Shown here piece by piece: positions 29,530 through 41,500 of a DNA stretch of 62,724 nt. The notes beneath the pieces are model-generated. The model saw nothing but the letters and a program-made list of their open reading frames with translations. It made no database searches and was not told the origin of the DNA. A program made the translations under genes and the position numbers. The DNA is from a virus (Duplodnaviria > Caudoviricetes): the IMG/VR virus record IMGVR_UViG_3300032250_000155, positions 1 to 62,724 of that record; one strand, 5' to 3'. Within the stretch, counting starts at the first letter, position 1. The number at the start of each line of letters is the position of its first letter.

Positions 29530-29975
29530 AAAAGATAATTCTATTTTTGTTTATCATATTTTCGTTTTCTTGTAGAACAAACAGGGTTGTTTATCAAAAA
29601 GAGACAACAACGGTAAGGGATACTATCTATAGCTACAAGACAATCGAGAAGATAAAGCGTGTTAAGGATACATTGATTATATCAAATCCTTGCGACTCAT
29701 TAGGTATGCTTACTAGGTTTTATAGTAAACTTGTTTTACCAAATGGAAATGTAACTATCCGCTCAAACAAGAACAACATAATAGCTACCGTAAATTTAGA
29801 TTCTATATCAAACATTTACGAAGAGAAGTATAAGAGTAAATTTTCTAATCTGTCACAAATATCTACTAAAATTGCTACAAAAACAGTTTATCCGTCTTGG
29901 TTAATAACTTGCTTTATTTTTGAAAGTTTAATTATTTTAGGTTACATTTACATTAAGTTTATCTATCGTAAATAA
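29526..29975 (+). CDS. Putative unimolecular spanin (lipoprotein with C-terminal TM)
   Basis: MKKIILFLFIIFSFS-C lipobox; C-terminal hydrophobic helix ending YRK; follows the endolysin. Confidence 0.7.
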   Translation: MKKIILFLFIIFSFSCRTNRVVYQKETTTVRDTIYSYKTIEKIKRVKDTLIISNPCDSLGMLTRFYSKLVLPNGNVTIRSNKNNIIATVNLDSISNIYEEKYKSKFSNLSQISTKIATKTVYPSWLITCFIFESLIILGYIYIKFIYRK

Positions 29976-29981
29976 CATACT

Positions 29982-30119
29982 ATGGCGAAGGCAATTAATG
30001 TAACGGTATTCAAGAAGAAATCTAAGAAAAGCAATAAAGGCATTCATGCCAAAACAAAACAAAGTTCATCAAAAGGTTCTGCAAACTATGCAAAGCCATA
30101 TAAAGGTCAGGGTAAGTAA
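29982..30119 (+). CDS. 45-aa very basic protein (not in the ORF track)
   Basis: MAKAINVTVFKKKSKKSNKGIHAKTKQSSSKGSANYAKPYKGQGK. Confidence 0.65.
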   Translation: MAKAINVTVFKKKSKKSNKGIHAKTKQSSSKGSANYAKPYKGQGK

Positions 30120-30141
30120 ATTTTTTTTCATTGTTGATTAG

Positions 30142-30172
30142 TAATGCCTCATCTTATTAAGTTGGGGCATTA
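30142..30172 (+). terminator. Hairpin, probable terminator
   Basis: TAATGCCTCA...TGGGGCATTA inverted repeat. Confidence 0.55.
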
Positions 30173-30193
30173 TCGTATATAAGAAAAATTTCA

Positions 30194-30201
30194 TAACTTT
30201 G
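30194..30201 (+). promoter_or_regulatory. Bacteroidetes -7 element TAACTTTG
   Basis: TAnnTTTG upstream of ATG 30225. Confidence 0.6.
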
Positions 30202-30224
30202 GGTAAATTAATTAGAAAAATATA

Positions 30225-30908
30225 ATGGCAATTTCTATCTCTGATGCACACGATTTTGTTCGTGGTATTATCAAAAAGAATAAAGGGGGATTTATCTCTC
30301 CTAAAGATATAGATAGAGCAATCAATAGAGGGGTTGCTGATTGGATGAGTGCGGTTATCTCAAAGTATCATAGAACAGGTAAGTTTGAATACGACCACTT
30401 AATAGTAAAGAGAGCTTCTTTTAGCTCCACTCCTGTTAACGCAGGTGTACTTACAGTTCCAGAAGACTACGTTGAAGGCTTAACTATTTATCATACAAAC
30501 GCTGACGGTATTTTAGTTGAAGGAACATTATACTCTTGGGATGAGTTTTTAGAGATAAAGAATAGTTCTATTCTAGCTCCTGACAGAGAGTATCCTGCTG
30601 CAACTATTTACTTAGATACAAATAGCTCTCCTAAGATAGAGTTTGCTCCAGTTCCAACTTCAGGAACATTCTTATTTACATTTGTGTACATGAGAAAGCC
30701 TGCTACAGCAGTTTATAACTACACGGTAAACAATGGTAATATAACATTTAATCCTACGGGCTCTGTTGATATAGATGTGGCTGACAGGTATTACTCTGAC
30801 ATCATAACAAGAGCGTTAATGTATCTTGGAATCACATTAGAAAATAACGCAGTAACAAGCACGGAGGCTATAATGGATAGCAATCAAATAAATGATGAAC
30901 GCAAATGA
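30225..30908 (+). CDS. Tail ring / head-tail adaptor protein
   Basis: 227 aa; first of three similar-sized genes before the stabilisation protein; FVYMRKP motif; crAss-like synteny. Confidence 0.6.
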   Translation: MAISISDAHDFVRGIIKKNKGGFISPKDIDRAINRGVADWMSAVISKYHRTGKFEYDHLIVKRASFSSTPVNAGVLTVPEDYVEGLTIYHTNADGILVEGTLYSWDEFLEIKNSSILAPDREYPAATIYLDTNSSPKIEFAPVPTSGTFLFTFVYMRKPATAVYNYTVNNGNITFNPTGSVDIDVADRYYSDIITRALMYLGITLENNAVTSTEAIMDSNQINDERK

Positions 30909-31552
30909 TAACTAAAAATAAGTTAGCAGAAGAAATCCAAAGGATTTATGCTAGATTTCTAGATAAAGACAATCCATCTGACGTAATAGACTTGCGTGAG
31001 GTTAAACTTATTTTGGAGCAGTCTATTAATAAAGTTCTAAAGATACAGGTTGCTGAATCATTTAAGGCTGGATTAATAGATGTACCTAGATGTAATATAA
31101 TTGAATACACTTGTGCTGTAACATCTGATTCAGCTAACACTCGTTCTTATATTACATTGCCTGTTACTCCAATAACATTACCATTAGATATGGGAATATG
31201 GAGTATCGCTGCACCAACAGCTGCCGCAACACCTTATATCCCTATCCCTGCACAAGATGTTCTTGTGTTTGGCACAATAGCTTCAGGAACAAATGTTAGC
31301 TACTTAGAGGGGCAGATTGGGTACTATGTTCAAGGTAAGAAGATTTACTTTACAAAAGATATTACATTGTCTGCTAACGGCTCAATATCAAGCGTCAAGG
31401 TAAACATCTTAGCAGTTGACTTTGACCAATTTACGGATACAGAAATGTTACCTATTTCACCAGAGGTAGTAACCGCTGTGATTAATGAAGTTTTAACAGT
31501 AATAAGTAACGGAAGAGTCTCTCAGGCTGAATTAGATACTCAACAAAAATAA
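30905..31552 (+). CDS. Tail ring protein
   Basis: 215 aa; synteny, translationally coupled. Confidence 0.55.
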   Translation: MITKNKLAEEIQRIYARFLDKDNPSDVIDLREVKLILEQSINKVLKIQVAESFKAGLIDVPRCNIIEYTCAVTSDSANTRSYITLPVTPITLPLDMGIWSIAAPTAAATPYIPIPAQDVLVFGTIASGTNVSYLEGQIGYYVQGKKIYFTKDITLSANGSISSVKVNILAVDFDQFTDTEMLPISPEVVTAVINEVLTVISNGRVSQAELDTQQK

Positions 31553-31554
31553 AG

Positions 31555-32313
31555 ATGAAGACTAAATCATTAAATATAATTGTTAGGGATGCGTTATTAG
31601 ATAACGGATTACCACTGCATTATTATACAAGATACTTGCATCATGCACTTCGTATAATGGATGAGCTTTCTATGGATTTTGATTTAGGTAATGTCAAAAT
31701 GCAAGAGTTATCTGTTACTTCGTATCAAAGAGCAATACTACCTAACGACTTTATAGATGTAATTGATGTGTCTGCAAAACATGGTGAAAGGTTATTGCCA
31801 TTAGAAAGAGACAGAGCATTAAATAAAATTTACAATCGTGATGATAGTGGTAATAAGATTATTTACCCTACCGACACTAATATTAATTATGATGCAGAAT
31901 TTAATTACAACTTAATTTCTGGGGCAAACAACTTAAATACAAGAGGTGAGTTAATAGGAAGATATTATGGTAAGCAACGTAAGCCATTATTAGTTTATGA
32001 TATTGATACAATCAATTCTGAAATAGTATTTTCTAATACTATGGCATTGGAAGAAGTTACATTAACTTACCTAACATCTGCTGTATCTAAATCTTCGGCT
32101 AACTTAGTTACTCCTTACGCAACAGATGTTATTACTAAATATGTTACAATGATGGCTGCAAAAGCAGAAGGAGGTACATTAGGTAAATTTCAATTAGCAA
32201 CTCAAGAGTATAATAATGCTAGAAGAGTATTTAGAGCAAGATTAAATTCAATGGATTATGCTGAAATTATCGGAGCATTAAGAAGAGGGATTCACGGTAG
32301 TATAAAGAATTAA
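31555..32313 (+). CDS. Tail ring protein
   Basis: 252 aa; synteny; LPNDFIDV motif parallels VPEDYVE in 30225. Confidence 0.55.
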   Translation: MKTKSLNIIVRDALLDNGLPLHYYTRYLHHALRIMDELSMDFDLGNVKMQELSVTSYQRAILPNDFIDVIDVSAKHGERLLPLERDRALNKIYNRDDSGNKIIYPTDTNINYDAEFNYNLISGANNLNTRGELIGRYYGKQRKPLLVYDIDTINSEIVFSNTMALEEVTLTYLTSAVSKSSANLVTPYATDVITKYVTMMAAKAEGGTLGKFQLATQEYNNARRVFRARLNSMDYAEIIGALRRGIHGSIKN

Positions 32314-32338
32314 CAAACTCAAATTTAACATTTAACAA

Positions 32339-35300
32339 ATGGCGAAGATAAGTCTCAGAGCATCAGGGGGTTTAAACAAGGATTTTGACCAAAATAATTT
32401 ACCTGAAGGTGATTATACGTCGGCATCAAATATTATATTCGACTCTGGTAAATCAGGTGGTGCAGGAGCAATTCGTTTATTAGAGTCAATAAGAGATTCT
32501 AATATTTCATTTTCTGGTACAATAAAAACTACAACTCAAGATGTAGATGGCTCAATATATGTTTTAGAAGATGCAGGAACTACTGCTACTATATCTAAAA
32601 TACCTAGTACGTTAGATTCTAAAACGGTTGTAGTTACATACACACACTTAGTTGTGACAACATTTGTTCCTGACCTAAGGGTTATTGGAAATACACTTGT
32701 ATGGAATTATGCAGAAGAAGGTGTTGTATTATCATTTCCATTGACAGATGGTTCTGGAGCTACACGAACATTATCTGATTTAAAACTACAAAAAGATACT
32801 CCTAATAACGTTGTAAGTATCACAAAAAATATTGGAACAGGAGTCGATTTTCTTGAAGCAAATGATTTTCAATTTGCAAGTAGATACCAATATAAGAATA
32901 AAGAATATTCTGTTTTAACTAATTATAGTCAATCATATAAGGGAGAGAAAGGGACAGCAAGTTATAGTTTAGCTTATTCATTTACAATTAAACCTCATTT
33001 TGCAGAATATCTTGAAGTGTATGTAAGAGTTGGTAATGATGGAATTTGGAGAAGAATTGATACTCAATTAATATCATCTTATACTGGGGCATTTACTTGG
33101 ACTGGACAGACTTACGAAAGCTTAGATATTGTTACAACAGGCAGCCCATATGATGCTATTCCTGTTAACGCAAAGCATATTGAAATAGCAAAGAATAGAG
33201 TATTCTTAGCTAACATAAAGGATGACTACGATATGACTCCTGCTAATTTAGATTTTAGTTTAGGATGGGTAAGTGGATACACTCTTCCTACGGGTGGGGA
33301 ATATAATTCTTATATTAGTGGAGCTGGGTTAACATCTCCTTCTAGCTCAGAAACTGAGTCACTAGGAGCTAATTCAGTAAAGCCTTTTGCAAACAATTCT
33401 ATTTATGGAGTTGGTATTGCTTTCTATGATTCTGCTTTAAAAACAAGAGGTGTTGAAAAGTTTGAGAAGTTTACTACAGGCAACTTTGCTTACCCAATGA
33501 TTCCTACGTTTTCTGTTACATTAAACGCAGGATATACTAGACCTGCTTGGGCAAAATATGCGCAACTTGTTTATACTAAAAACATAAGTAAATCTTATTT
33601 CTTTGAAGGATTTGCAAGTAATATCTACTTTCAATTAAATCAAGTAGAAACAAATCTTGTTACCAAAGAGGTAACTAATGTATCTGTAGCTAGTCAATCT
33701 GTAACATCTACGCAAATCAATGATATAAAATATTTTGTAGTTGACTTAATGGGAATGTATAGAGCTGGGTATGTTTATACCGTAGAAGAGGGAGATAGAA
33801 TATCAATAAATACACCTAATGGAATACTCGATTTAAAAATAAAAGGTCAAGAAAATAACTTGATTTATTGTGAATATACGGGTGGAGTAATGACTAATGT
33901 TGCAATTCCTGACCCTAAGCTATTGTACTTTGAAATATATAGCCCTAAGCAAGTTCAAGAGGACGAGTCTTTAGTATTTTACGAATATGGGAATATGACA
34001 GATATGTCTGCTTGGGCGGCTAATTCTACAAAGACTTTTGCTGGAACAGGTACTTTAAATGCAATTAATAATTCAAAATTAATTGGAGATACGGTATTTA
34101 GTAAGCTGGAAATTGCTACCTATAAGACAGCTCCATTTTTATATAATACTCAAAGAGTTAAACCTGCCGCTATTGGAGCGGGTATAGTTGAAGATGTTGT
34201 CACTGTTGTGAATGAGGATTTCTCTTCATTCTCTAGTAGTACAGTTGGCGCTAGAGAAGCTTCTGATAAAATAGTAAGCCCTCTTGTAACAAATATTCCG
34301 TCAGGAAGTAATGGAGATGGAGCATCAATTGTTGGGTCAAATACTGCATTTAAGGTAGCTGGATTTTATGATATTGGATACCAAAAAGGAGGTGTTAATG
34401 TAATGACAATCACCTATAATATGGCGGCAACATATTCTCTTATGTTAAATCCTTCTGTTACATCTCCAAGCGGCTCTATGAATTGGAGTTTGAGCGGGCA
34501 ATTATACAAGACTCCTTATAATAATATAAAAAATGAGTACAATGCGGTTTCAGAAAAAATAGGAAACTCTTTTGATATTTATTATCAGACATATTTATTG
34601 CAAGCATCTACAGGTACTTCACAATCAATAAATGCAGTTCAAACTATTAATCTGAATACTGATTTAAAATCGCCAATAGAAGCTAATGATAAATTTTATA
34701 TTGAATTAACTTTAAAGTTATCTTCGACAGAAGGAAGACCTAATGATGTTCTTGTGGCGCAGGTTACTATTAGTAAAAACCCAGCTTCTACTTACGGAAT
34801 AACAATTTCATTAAACGGAACAAGAACTTCTCCGCAGACTATTACTACTGTTAATCCAAATACAGAGATAGAAGCTATTGGTACAAAATATATTGTTAGG
34901 TCAATATCTAATGCTACTTCAAATAAGTATTGGAATACATCTGCTGGGAAGCCATCTCTTGTATCAATAATTAGTACATCTACAAGAAGAACAAATACAA
35001 TTCGTTACGGAGGAAACTTTGTTGCAGGAACAGATATAAATAATATCAGTTCTTTCTTTGCCTTAGATTCAAACGATGTAGCTATAGAAAATGGAGAGAT
35101 AACTTCTTTACAAAGAGCTTCTCGTTTACAGGGGAATGGTTCAATGCTATTAGTGCTTTGTCAGAAAGAATCAGCATATATTATGCTAGGAGAACAGGAA
35201 TTATCACAAGGAAATAATAGTTCAATATATGCTTTAACAGCAAATATGATTGGTACTATTAGAAACTTTGGTAATAATCTAGGTATGCTTACGAAGCAAT

Positions 35301-36058
35301 CTGTAATGAACTATAAGGGGATGATTTGGTGGTGGGATGATTTTAATAAGAAAGTTGTTAAATATACTCCTGATGGATTAGAGACTCCTAGTGATACTTA
35401 TATGCGCTCCCACTTCTTAAATAAATCTGGTGCTGCAAACTTCTCTTATGACCCGTTCTATAATATGTGCTATGTATCTATTGGTTCTGATACAGTTTGC
35501 GCAGGTTATTCTGATAATCGAAAAAGATGGATTGCTGAACAATATAACATTAAAAGTGATTTTGCAGAAAGCTATGGAGATAAGATGATTTTATTTAAGA
35601 GTGGGGTAATGTATAAGTCTATTGCAAATGCAACTACAACTGACTACAATAACTTACTTGGAACTCCTTATAATGGAGTAATAACACTTACATTAAATAG
35701 TAGACTTCCTGTTAATCCATTAAACGTTTCTATATCTCACAATATGACTGTGGTAGACTGGAATACTTCTAATTACGTTCAGGCTAGTTTACTTACAATA
35801 GGTATTTCAAATGAGAATGGACAGACTACATCAATCAACGAATCTAACTTTCTAGTAGAAGACAATAGATTATATGCTCACGTTATGCGAAATGAGAATA
35901 CTCAAAGGAATGGAACTACTATAACCAATGCTATTATAGAAGGAGATTATATGGTTGGTTATCTAAATAAATTCGTTTTAACACTTAAAGATAGAACACA
36001 GAATATGAGGGTCAATTCATTAGATGTTGAATTTGCTTTTGTTTCTGGACATTCGTAA
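32339..36058 (+). CDS. Tail stabilisation/nozzle (muzzle) protein
   Basis: 1239 aa, beta-rich; N-terminal GGLNKD...LPEGDY..A.N and NRVFLAN motifs. Confidence 0.75.
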   Translation: MAKISLRASGGLNKDFDQNNLPEGDYTSASNIIFDSGKSGGAGAIRLLESIRDSNISFSGTIKTTTQDVDGSIYVLEDAGTTATISKIPSTLDSKTVVVTYTHLVVTTFVPDLRVIGNTLVWNYAEEGVVLSFPLTDGSGATRTLSDLKLQKDTPNNVVSITKNIGTGVDFLEANDFQFASRYQYKNKEYSVLTNYSQSYKGEKGTASYSLAYSFTIKPHFAEYLEVYVRVGNDGIWRRIDTQLISSYTGAFTWTGQTYESLDIVTTGSPYDAIPVNAKHIEIAKNRVFLANIKDDYDMTPANLDFSLGWVSGYTLPTGGEYNSYISGAGLTSPSSSETESLGANSVKPFANNSIYGVGIAFYDSALKTRGVEKFEKFTTGNFAYPMIPTFSVTLNAGYTRPAWAKYAQLVYTKNISKSYFFEGFASNIYFQLNQVETNLVTKEVTNVSVASQSVTSTQINDIKYFVVDLMGMYRAGYVYTVEEGDRISINTPNGILDLKIKGQENNLIYCEYTGGVMTNVAIPDPKLLYFEIYSPKQVQEDESLVFYEYGNMTDMSAWAANSTKTFAGTGTLNAINNSKLIGDTVFSKLEIATYKTAPFLYNTQRVKPAAIGAGIVEDVVTVVNEDFSSFSSSTVGAREASDKIVSPLVTNIPSGSNGDGASIVGSNTAFKVAGFYDIGYQKGGVNVMTITYNMAATYSLMLNPSVTSPSGSMNWSLSGQLYKTPYNNIKNEYNAVSEKIGNSFDIYYQTYLLQASTGTSQSINAVQTINLNTDLKSPIEANDKFYIELTLKLSSTEGRPNDVLVAQVTISKNPASTYGITISLNGTRTSPQTITTVNPNTEIEAIGTKYIVRSISNATSNKYWNTSAGKPSLVSIISTSTRRTNTIRYGGNFVAGTDINNISSFFALDSNDVAIENGEITSLQRASRLQGNGSMLLVLCQKESAYIMLGEQELSQGNNSSIYALTANMIGTIRNFGNNLGMLTKQSVMNYKGMIWWWDDFNKKVVKYTPDGLETPSDTYMRSHFLNKSGAANFSYDPFYNMCYVSIGSDTVCAGYSDNRKRWIAEQYNIKSDFAESYGDKMILFKSGVMYKSIANATTTDYNNLLGTPYNGVITLTLNSRLPVNPLNVSISHNMTVVDWNTSNYVQASLLTIGISNENGQTTSINESNFLVEDNRLYAHVMRNENTQRNGTTITNAIIEGDYMVGYLNKFVLTLKDRTQNMRVNSLDVEFAFVSGHS

Positions 36059-36112
36059 AACAAAATAGATTCATATTGAAAAATATGTTAACTTTACTTA
36101 AATAATAAAAAT

Positions 36113-36952
36113 ATGTTAGACCCAATTTCAATTGCAGGTATGGCAACTTCTCTAGCAGGAGGCGTTGCTAGTTTATTTGGGGCAAGTGCTGCTAAAAAAA
36201 GAGCTGATGAGCAAATCGGTAAGGTAACCGCATTTAATCTTGGTCAGCAAAATAATTGGGATACCAAGATGGCTGAAATGATGGCTGCCCAAAAAGCAAT
36301 ACCAACTTATCAATCAGATATGTCTGGATATCAAGCACTCTCTGATAAAGCAAGACTTAATGAGATTCAAGCATCTGGTCAAACTCGTGTTGCTGGACAG
36401 CAATTTGCTTTAGACCAAGCTGACCAATCTTATGCTAATTTAGTGCAAGCTACGGGCAAGTTAGGTGGTTCTCGTGCAGATATGGCTACATCCTTACTTA
36501 TGGGGCAACAAAATGTTTCAGCACAAAAAGGACAGACATTAGCTCAAGGACAACAAATGATGTTTCAAGACCAGCAACAAGCTAGAATGAATACATTAAA
36601 TACGCTTGGGCAAGTTGCCGCAGCAAAGGTGATGGAGGGCTATAAAGAATATGGGTCTCAAACGGCTAATAGACAAGGTGTAATTGGGCTTATGGGGCAA
36701 GATTTACAAGGAAGAACTGCTTTAGCGCAACAAGGTTTTCAATCTCAAATGATGGCTCAGAATATTGCAGGGCAAGCTGCTGACCAATTATATATGGGTG
36801 GAGCAAATCTTCTTGGAACTATTGGTTCTGGATTAAATGCTATTGGTATGCAAAATATGAAAATGAGTTCATTTTCTAAAATGATGGGTGGCAATTCAGG
36901 AAATTCTTGGCAAAATATGCAAGGGGCTCAAATGGCTGGCTTATTAGGATAA
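36113..36952 (+). CDS. Internal virion / ejection protein 1
   Basis: G/A/Q/M-rich helical protein with hydrophobic ends (MLDPISIAG...). Confidence 0.7.
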   Translation: MLDPISIAGMATSLAGGVASLFGASAAKKRADEQIGKVTAFNLGQQNNWDTKMAEMMAAQKAIPTYQSDMSGYQALSDKARLNEIQASGQTRVAGQQFALDQADQSYANLVQATGKLGGSRADMATSLLMGQQNVSAQKGQTLAQGQQMMFQDQQQARMNTLNTLGQVAAAKVMEGYKEYGSQTANRQGVIGLMGQDLQGRTALAQQGFQSQMMAQNIAGQAADQLYMGGANLLGTIGSGLNAIGMQNMKMSSFSKMMGGNSGNSWQNMQGAQMAGLLG

Positions 36953-36970
36953 TAATTAATAAAATAAAAA

Positions 36971-38590
36971 ATGGCAGATTCTTATTTATATAACCCTTCT
37001 GAAACAATTGGAAGAGGTTTTGCTCAGGTTCAAGCTAGTATTGGTAATGTATTTACTCAATTAGTTGCTCAAAAGCAAAACGACTATAATATTGCGGAAA
37101 AAACTTTTGAAAACATTAATGCCTTAACAGACCAATTGGGTCAATTTGGGCAAGAAGAAATTACATCTAAAACTCAAAATCTATTAAATGATGCGGCAAA
37201 AAGCATTATAAAAAATGGTAAATTAGATTATTCAGAAGTTGGCAGGATAAGAAGTCAAGTTGGAGCTATTAAAAATAGAAAAGCTGCAATTGAGGCTGGA
37301 ACTCAAATGTTAAAAGATAACACTCAAATTGCTATAGCAACTAAAGATGATTTACTTAATTTAGCTACTACTCTTAATGATATGAGAGGAGTTGTATTAA
37401 ATCCAAATAATCTTTCTGCCGAAGATATGGGAAGGCAGATGCAATCTATTTATCAGAAAAATATTAATACAACTAAAGCTGCATCTGATATTTTTAGTAG
37501 AATACTTCCTGCTTCTGAATACGCTACAACTTATATGAAAGATGGGGCAGAATATCAGGTGGCTGGAACTAAGATTACAGGATTTGAGCGCAATAATGCT
37601 ACAGGAGAATGGCAGATGCCTGCTCCAATTCAGATTAAAGATGCTAACGGAAAACCAGTTCTTAATCCTGATGGTACTCCTAAAACTCAAACTGTTACAC
37701 AAACTGCAACAGAAGCATTTAAACAACAAGGAGAACCTATATTAAAAGCCATAAGAGCTCAAATGGGGGAAAACTCTGTCTTCCAAACAGACGAGCAACT
37801 TTTAGCACCTTTTCTTCAGCAGTACATTCAAAGTAAAAATACTGCTCAAAAAGAGTTACAAGTTAAGAGTAAAGTAGAAACAGATATTCAAAAAGCGACT
37901 CTTGAAGGTAAAATAATTGAAAACAAATTTGCTCCTAGAGAAAGACAAGCAGGTATTCAAAAAACTCTAGCGGATACTAGGTATATTAATGAAAAGATAT
38001 TAGGGGAACAGTTAAGTAATAAATTGAGTCAAAACTTGGTTGACGACACTGTTCCATTAGCAGAGCTTGGTATAAGATACGATGCTAACACAAAAGATAT
38101 TGACTTAGGAAAAGACTTAAAGATAAATGCAAATTGGAATGGAAAACAAACTCCATTCCTTGCTACAGGTATGCACTATAATAAGTCAAAAGATATGTAT
38201 TATTTGACTGGATACCCAAATCCAAGAGATTTTGAAGGTAAGTTTGAAGCAGGAGAAGCTCCTATACAATATATCCCTATTGGCAAATCAGGCAGATTAA
38301 GTGGACAATCTTATACATCATTATTATCTAGAATCAAGTCAGTAACAAATGATGAATCTCGTAATCTATTTGCTAGTAAACTTAATAGATTTAGGCAATT
38401 AGAATTGGCTTCTAGTGGGCAAGGAGCGCCTGCTGCACCTGCTGCACCTGCTAAAGCACCAAGCGCAAAGTCTCAGTTTAGTTCTGGACAAAAGGTTGGG
38501 AGTACCATTTATTTAGATAGAAAATATCAAAAAGCGGAAGCTCAAATCAAAAAAGACAATAAGGCTCAAAATGTTATTTACATAAACTAA
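36971..38590 (+). CDS. Internal virion / ejection protein 2
   Basis: 539-aa Q/N-rich protein between ejection protein 1 and the giant gene. Confidence 0.6.
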   Translation: MADSYLYNPSETIGRGFAQVQASIGNVFTQLVAQKQNDYNIAEKTFENINALTDQLGQFGQEEITSKTQNLLNDAAKSIIKNGKLDYSEVGRIRSQVGAIKNRKAAIEAGTQMLKDNTQIAIATKDDLLNLATTLNDMRGVVLNPNNLSAEDMGRQMQSIYQKNINTTKAASDIFSRILPASEYATTYMKDGAEYQVAGTKITGFERNNATGEWQMPAPIQIKDANGKPVLNPDGTPKTQTVTQTATEAFKQQGEPILKAIRAQMGENSVFQTDEQLLAPFLQQYIQSKNTAQKELQVKSKVETDIQKATLEGKIIENKFAPRERQAGIQKTLADTRYINEKILGEQLSNKLSQNLVDDTVPLAELGIRYDANTKDIDLGKDLKINANWNGKQTPFLATGMHYNKSKDMYYLTGYPNPRDFEGKFEAGEAPIQYIPIGKSGRLSGQSYTSLLSRIKSVTNDESRNLFASKLNRFRQLELASSGQGAPAAPAAPAKAPSAKSQFSSGQKVGSTIYLDRKYQKAEAQIKKDNKAQNVIYIN

Positions 38591-38598
38591 TAGAATAG

Positions 38599-41500
38599 AT
38601 GTCAAAGCAACAAGCTAAAATAATAGACCTATCCAAATATGATAGTTTAATTCAAGAAGATACTTCATCTAATGTTGAAACCATAGATTTATCTAAATAC
38701 GATAGTGTTATACAACCTGTAAAAAAAAAAGACGTTACGGCATCATCTGGGCAGGAAGATTCTACGGGTTTATTCTCTGATATTGCAAATTATTTTGCAA
38801 CAGCAAAACCTGTTCATTCAGGCTTAGGAGTTTCCCAAACAAATAAAGAATTAGAGTCTAATTTTCAATACAATCCTAAGAAGCAACTTACTCAAGAAGA
38901 AGCTCTTCTTAGAAAGAAAAGTCTTGCTCAACGTGCTGCTATTGATGATGTAGTAACTTCTACATTGCTAAGAAGTACTCCTTATGATAATCTTTTAGAT
39001 AATTTCTTGGGCAAACCTCTTGCTTCAGGAGGCTTATCTTTAGTTGGAATGGCTACTAACGTATTAGGTGGAGCTGTTGATTTCTTTCAAAATGTAGCTG
39101 TAAAATCTTATGATGCTGTTAAAAAAGGGCAAATAGGAACAGGTTATACCCCTGAAAAAAAGGCTACTTCGGAAGAAGGATTGGGTGGAGGAATATATGA
39201 TTTTGCTCAAAACTTACAGAATGCGAGTAACTCTTTTATGCGTCAAGCTAAAGTCGATAGAGGAATTAAAAACGAAGACGTAGATAAAGGTTATTCAGAA
39301 TTAATTCAAGAAGGAAAGGTTGGTGACGCATTTACAACATTAGGACTTAGTGTTGTTCAGCAAATCCCACAAATGGTTGCACTTGCCTCAACAGGAGGCT
39401 CTGCTGGAGCAACATTTGCTGGAGCAACTCTTATGGGTACAGGTTCTTCGTTAGGAGAGGAGTATGCAAAGGATAAAGATATTGAGGCAAAAGATGCTTT
39501 AGTTGCTATTGGGAAAGGGGTTGTAGAAGGTGCTACTGAATCAATCTTTAGAACAGATATTGCCGCCTTAAATAAATTAAAGAGCTTAATTACAACTGAA
39601 GGTAAAGAAGCTGTTAAAGAGGAGTTTATTAGAAGCTTTGGAGGCGTTATAAAGAAAGCCTTATCTGGAGCAGGAGAAGAAGGGATGGAAGAAGTTATCG
39701 CCAACTTAGGTGGTACAATAATAGATAGTGCAGCTGATGATAAATTTGACCCTAAAAGATGGAATGATTTAATTCAAACTTCTATTGATTCTTTTGTGTT
39801 AGGGGCGGCTTCAGGAGGAGTAATGAGTGGAATGGTTGCTAAAGCTGCTTTAACACCTTTAACCGATGAACAAGAGCGTCAAATAAAAAGATACAAAGAG
39901 GTTGCAACAAATGATTCTTTTTCAGAAGACATTCGTAAGGCGGCTACTCAAAAAATAGATGATATTATTAAGGATAATGCTAATGAAACAAATAGTAATT
40001 ACAGACTAATAGCTGATATTGAAGATGTAAATAAGAGAGCTGAAGTTATTAAGAACTTAAATGAGATAAAAGATGAAGAGTCTAAGCAAAGAGAGCTCCA
40101 TGATGAGAGTTTAGTTGCGGCTTCAAATCAAATAATTGAAGATAAGAAAGCTAGAGTAGATAGTATTATTCAAGAAAACATTGAAAATATATTCGGCAGA
40201 AGTGCAGAAGGTATTAAGCAAGAACAGAAAGCTGCAAGAGAACGTGCCGCTAATTATTTGGATAACAATAATTATTATCTAGGGTTTACTGAAAATAATG
40301 CTGGTTTACTAGATAGTATTAATAATAACGAAGAGGTTGATGTAAGAGAAGCTAATAAGGCTACTGCTTCATTATATGACTTGGAGGCAAGCGTAATTGC
40401 AGACGACTCATTGACTAATCAAGAGCGTAATTATATCCTAAGAGACATTTACGCAAGGATAGATAGTGTTGAAGGTTATGATAAAATAACTAAAAATGGA
40501 GTTGCTTTAACTGAATCTGAAATAGAATCTAACCGTGCGTCTAACTCTAAAGTAAAAGAAGAAAGAGTTAAGAGAGTTCGTAATGATAGATTTGATGGTG
40601 AATTATTCAAATTTACTACAGAAGACGGAATAGAAATGTCTTTAAGAGCATCTGTCAATGAAAAGGGAGATGTTACAATGAAGCCTATTCGTAAATCTTT
40701 CCGATACAAAACAGAAACTGAAGCTAAAGCAAATGAAGGCTTTAATATAAAAGGTAATCTTCAGGTAGGAGAAATTAAGCGTAATCAAGATGGGGATATA
40801 ATATCTGCTACATTGACGGATAGTAAAACTAAAAAATCATTTAGAACAAATAATGAAGAATTAGTTTCTTACTTACAATCTGTTCAAGCAAGAGAATCTT
40901 TAGCTAAAACTGCAAAAGAAGGATATGTTGTGGATAGCGATATTGAAACGGTTGCAGGCAATGATGTCTTATCAAGAGTTACTCCGTACACTAAGACAAG
41001 ATTAAAAAACTATGCAGCTTCATTGAAAAGCATAAATCCTAATGCTAGGATAGTTCTATATAAGAGTGATGCTGATATGGCAAAAGGGCTTATAGCACAA
41101 GGCATTAAGCCAGCTAGAGCAAGGAAAGCGGCTAAGGGAGCTATGGGTCTTCAATACAATAACGTTGTCCATGCTAACGTATCAGTAATGGACGACTCAA
41201 CAATTGGGCACGAAGTATTCCACTTAGCGGTAAGAGATATATCAAGAGTTGAGCCAGCTGAATTTGTTAAAATGGTTAACAAGTTAAGTAAAATGCTTAA
41301 AAGCTCAAACAATAAATACCTTACTAATTTTGCAAACCTATACGAAGGTGAAGAATTAAAAGCTGAAGAGTTTTTGTCTGAATTGTTAGGCGTTTTGACA
41401 GCTAAAAGATTATCATTTAAAACTAAAAATGCAGATGGTGATGTAATCTCCGTTGAAGTAGATTTTGAATTGAAAAGAACATTGATGCAAAAGATTGTGT

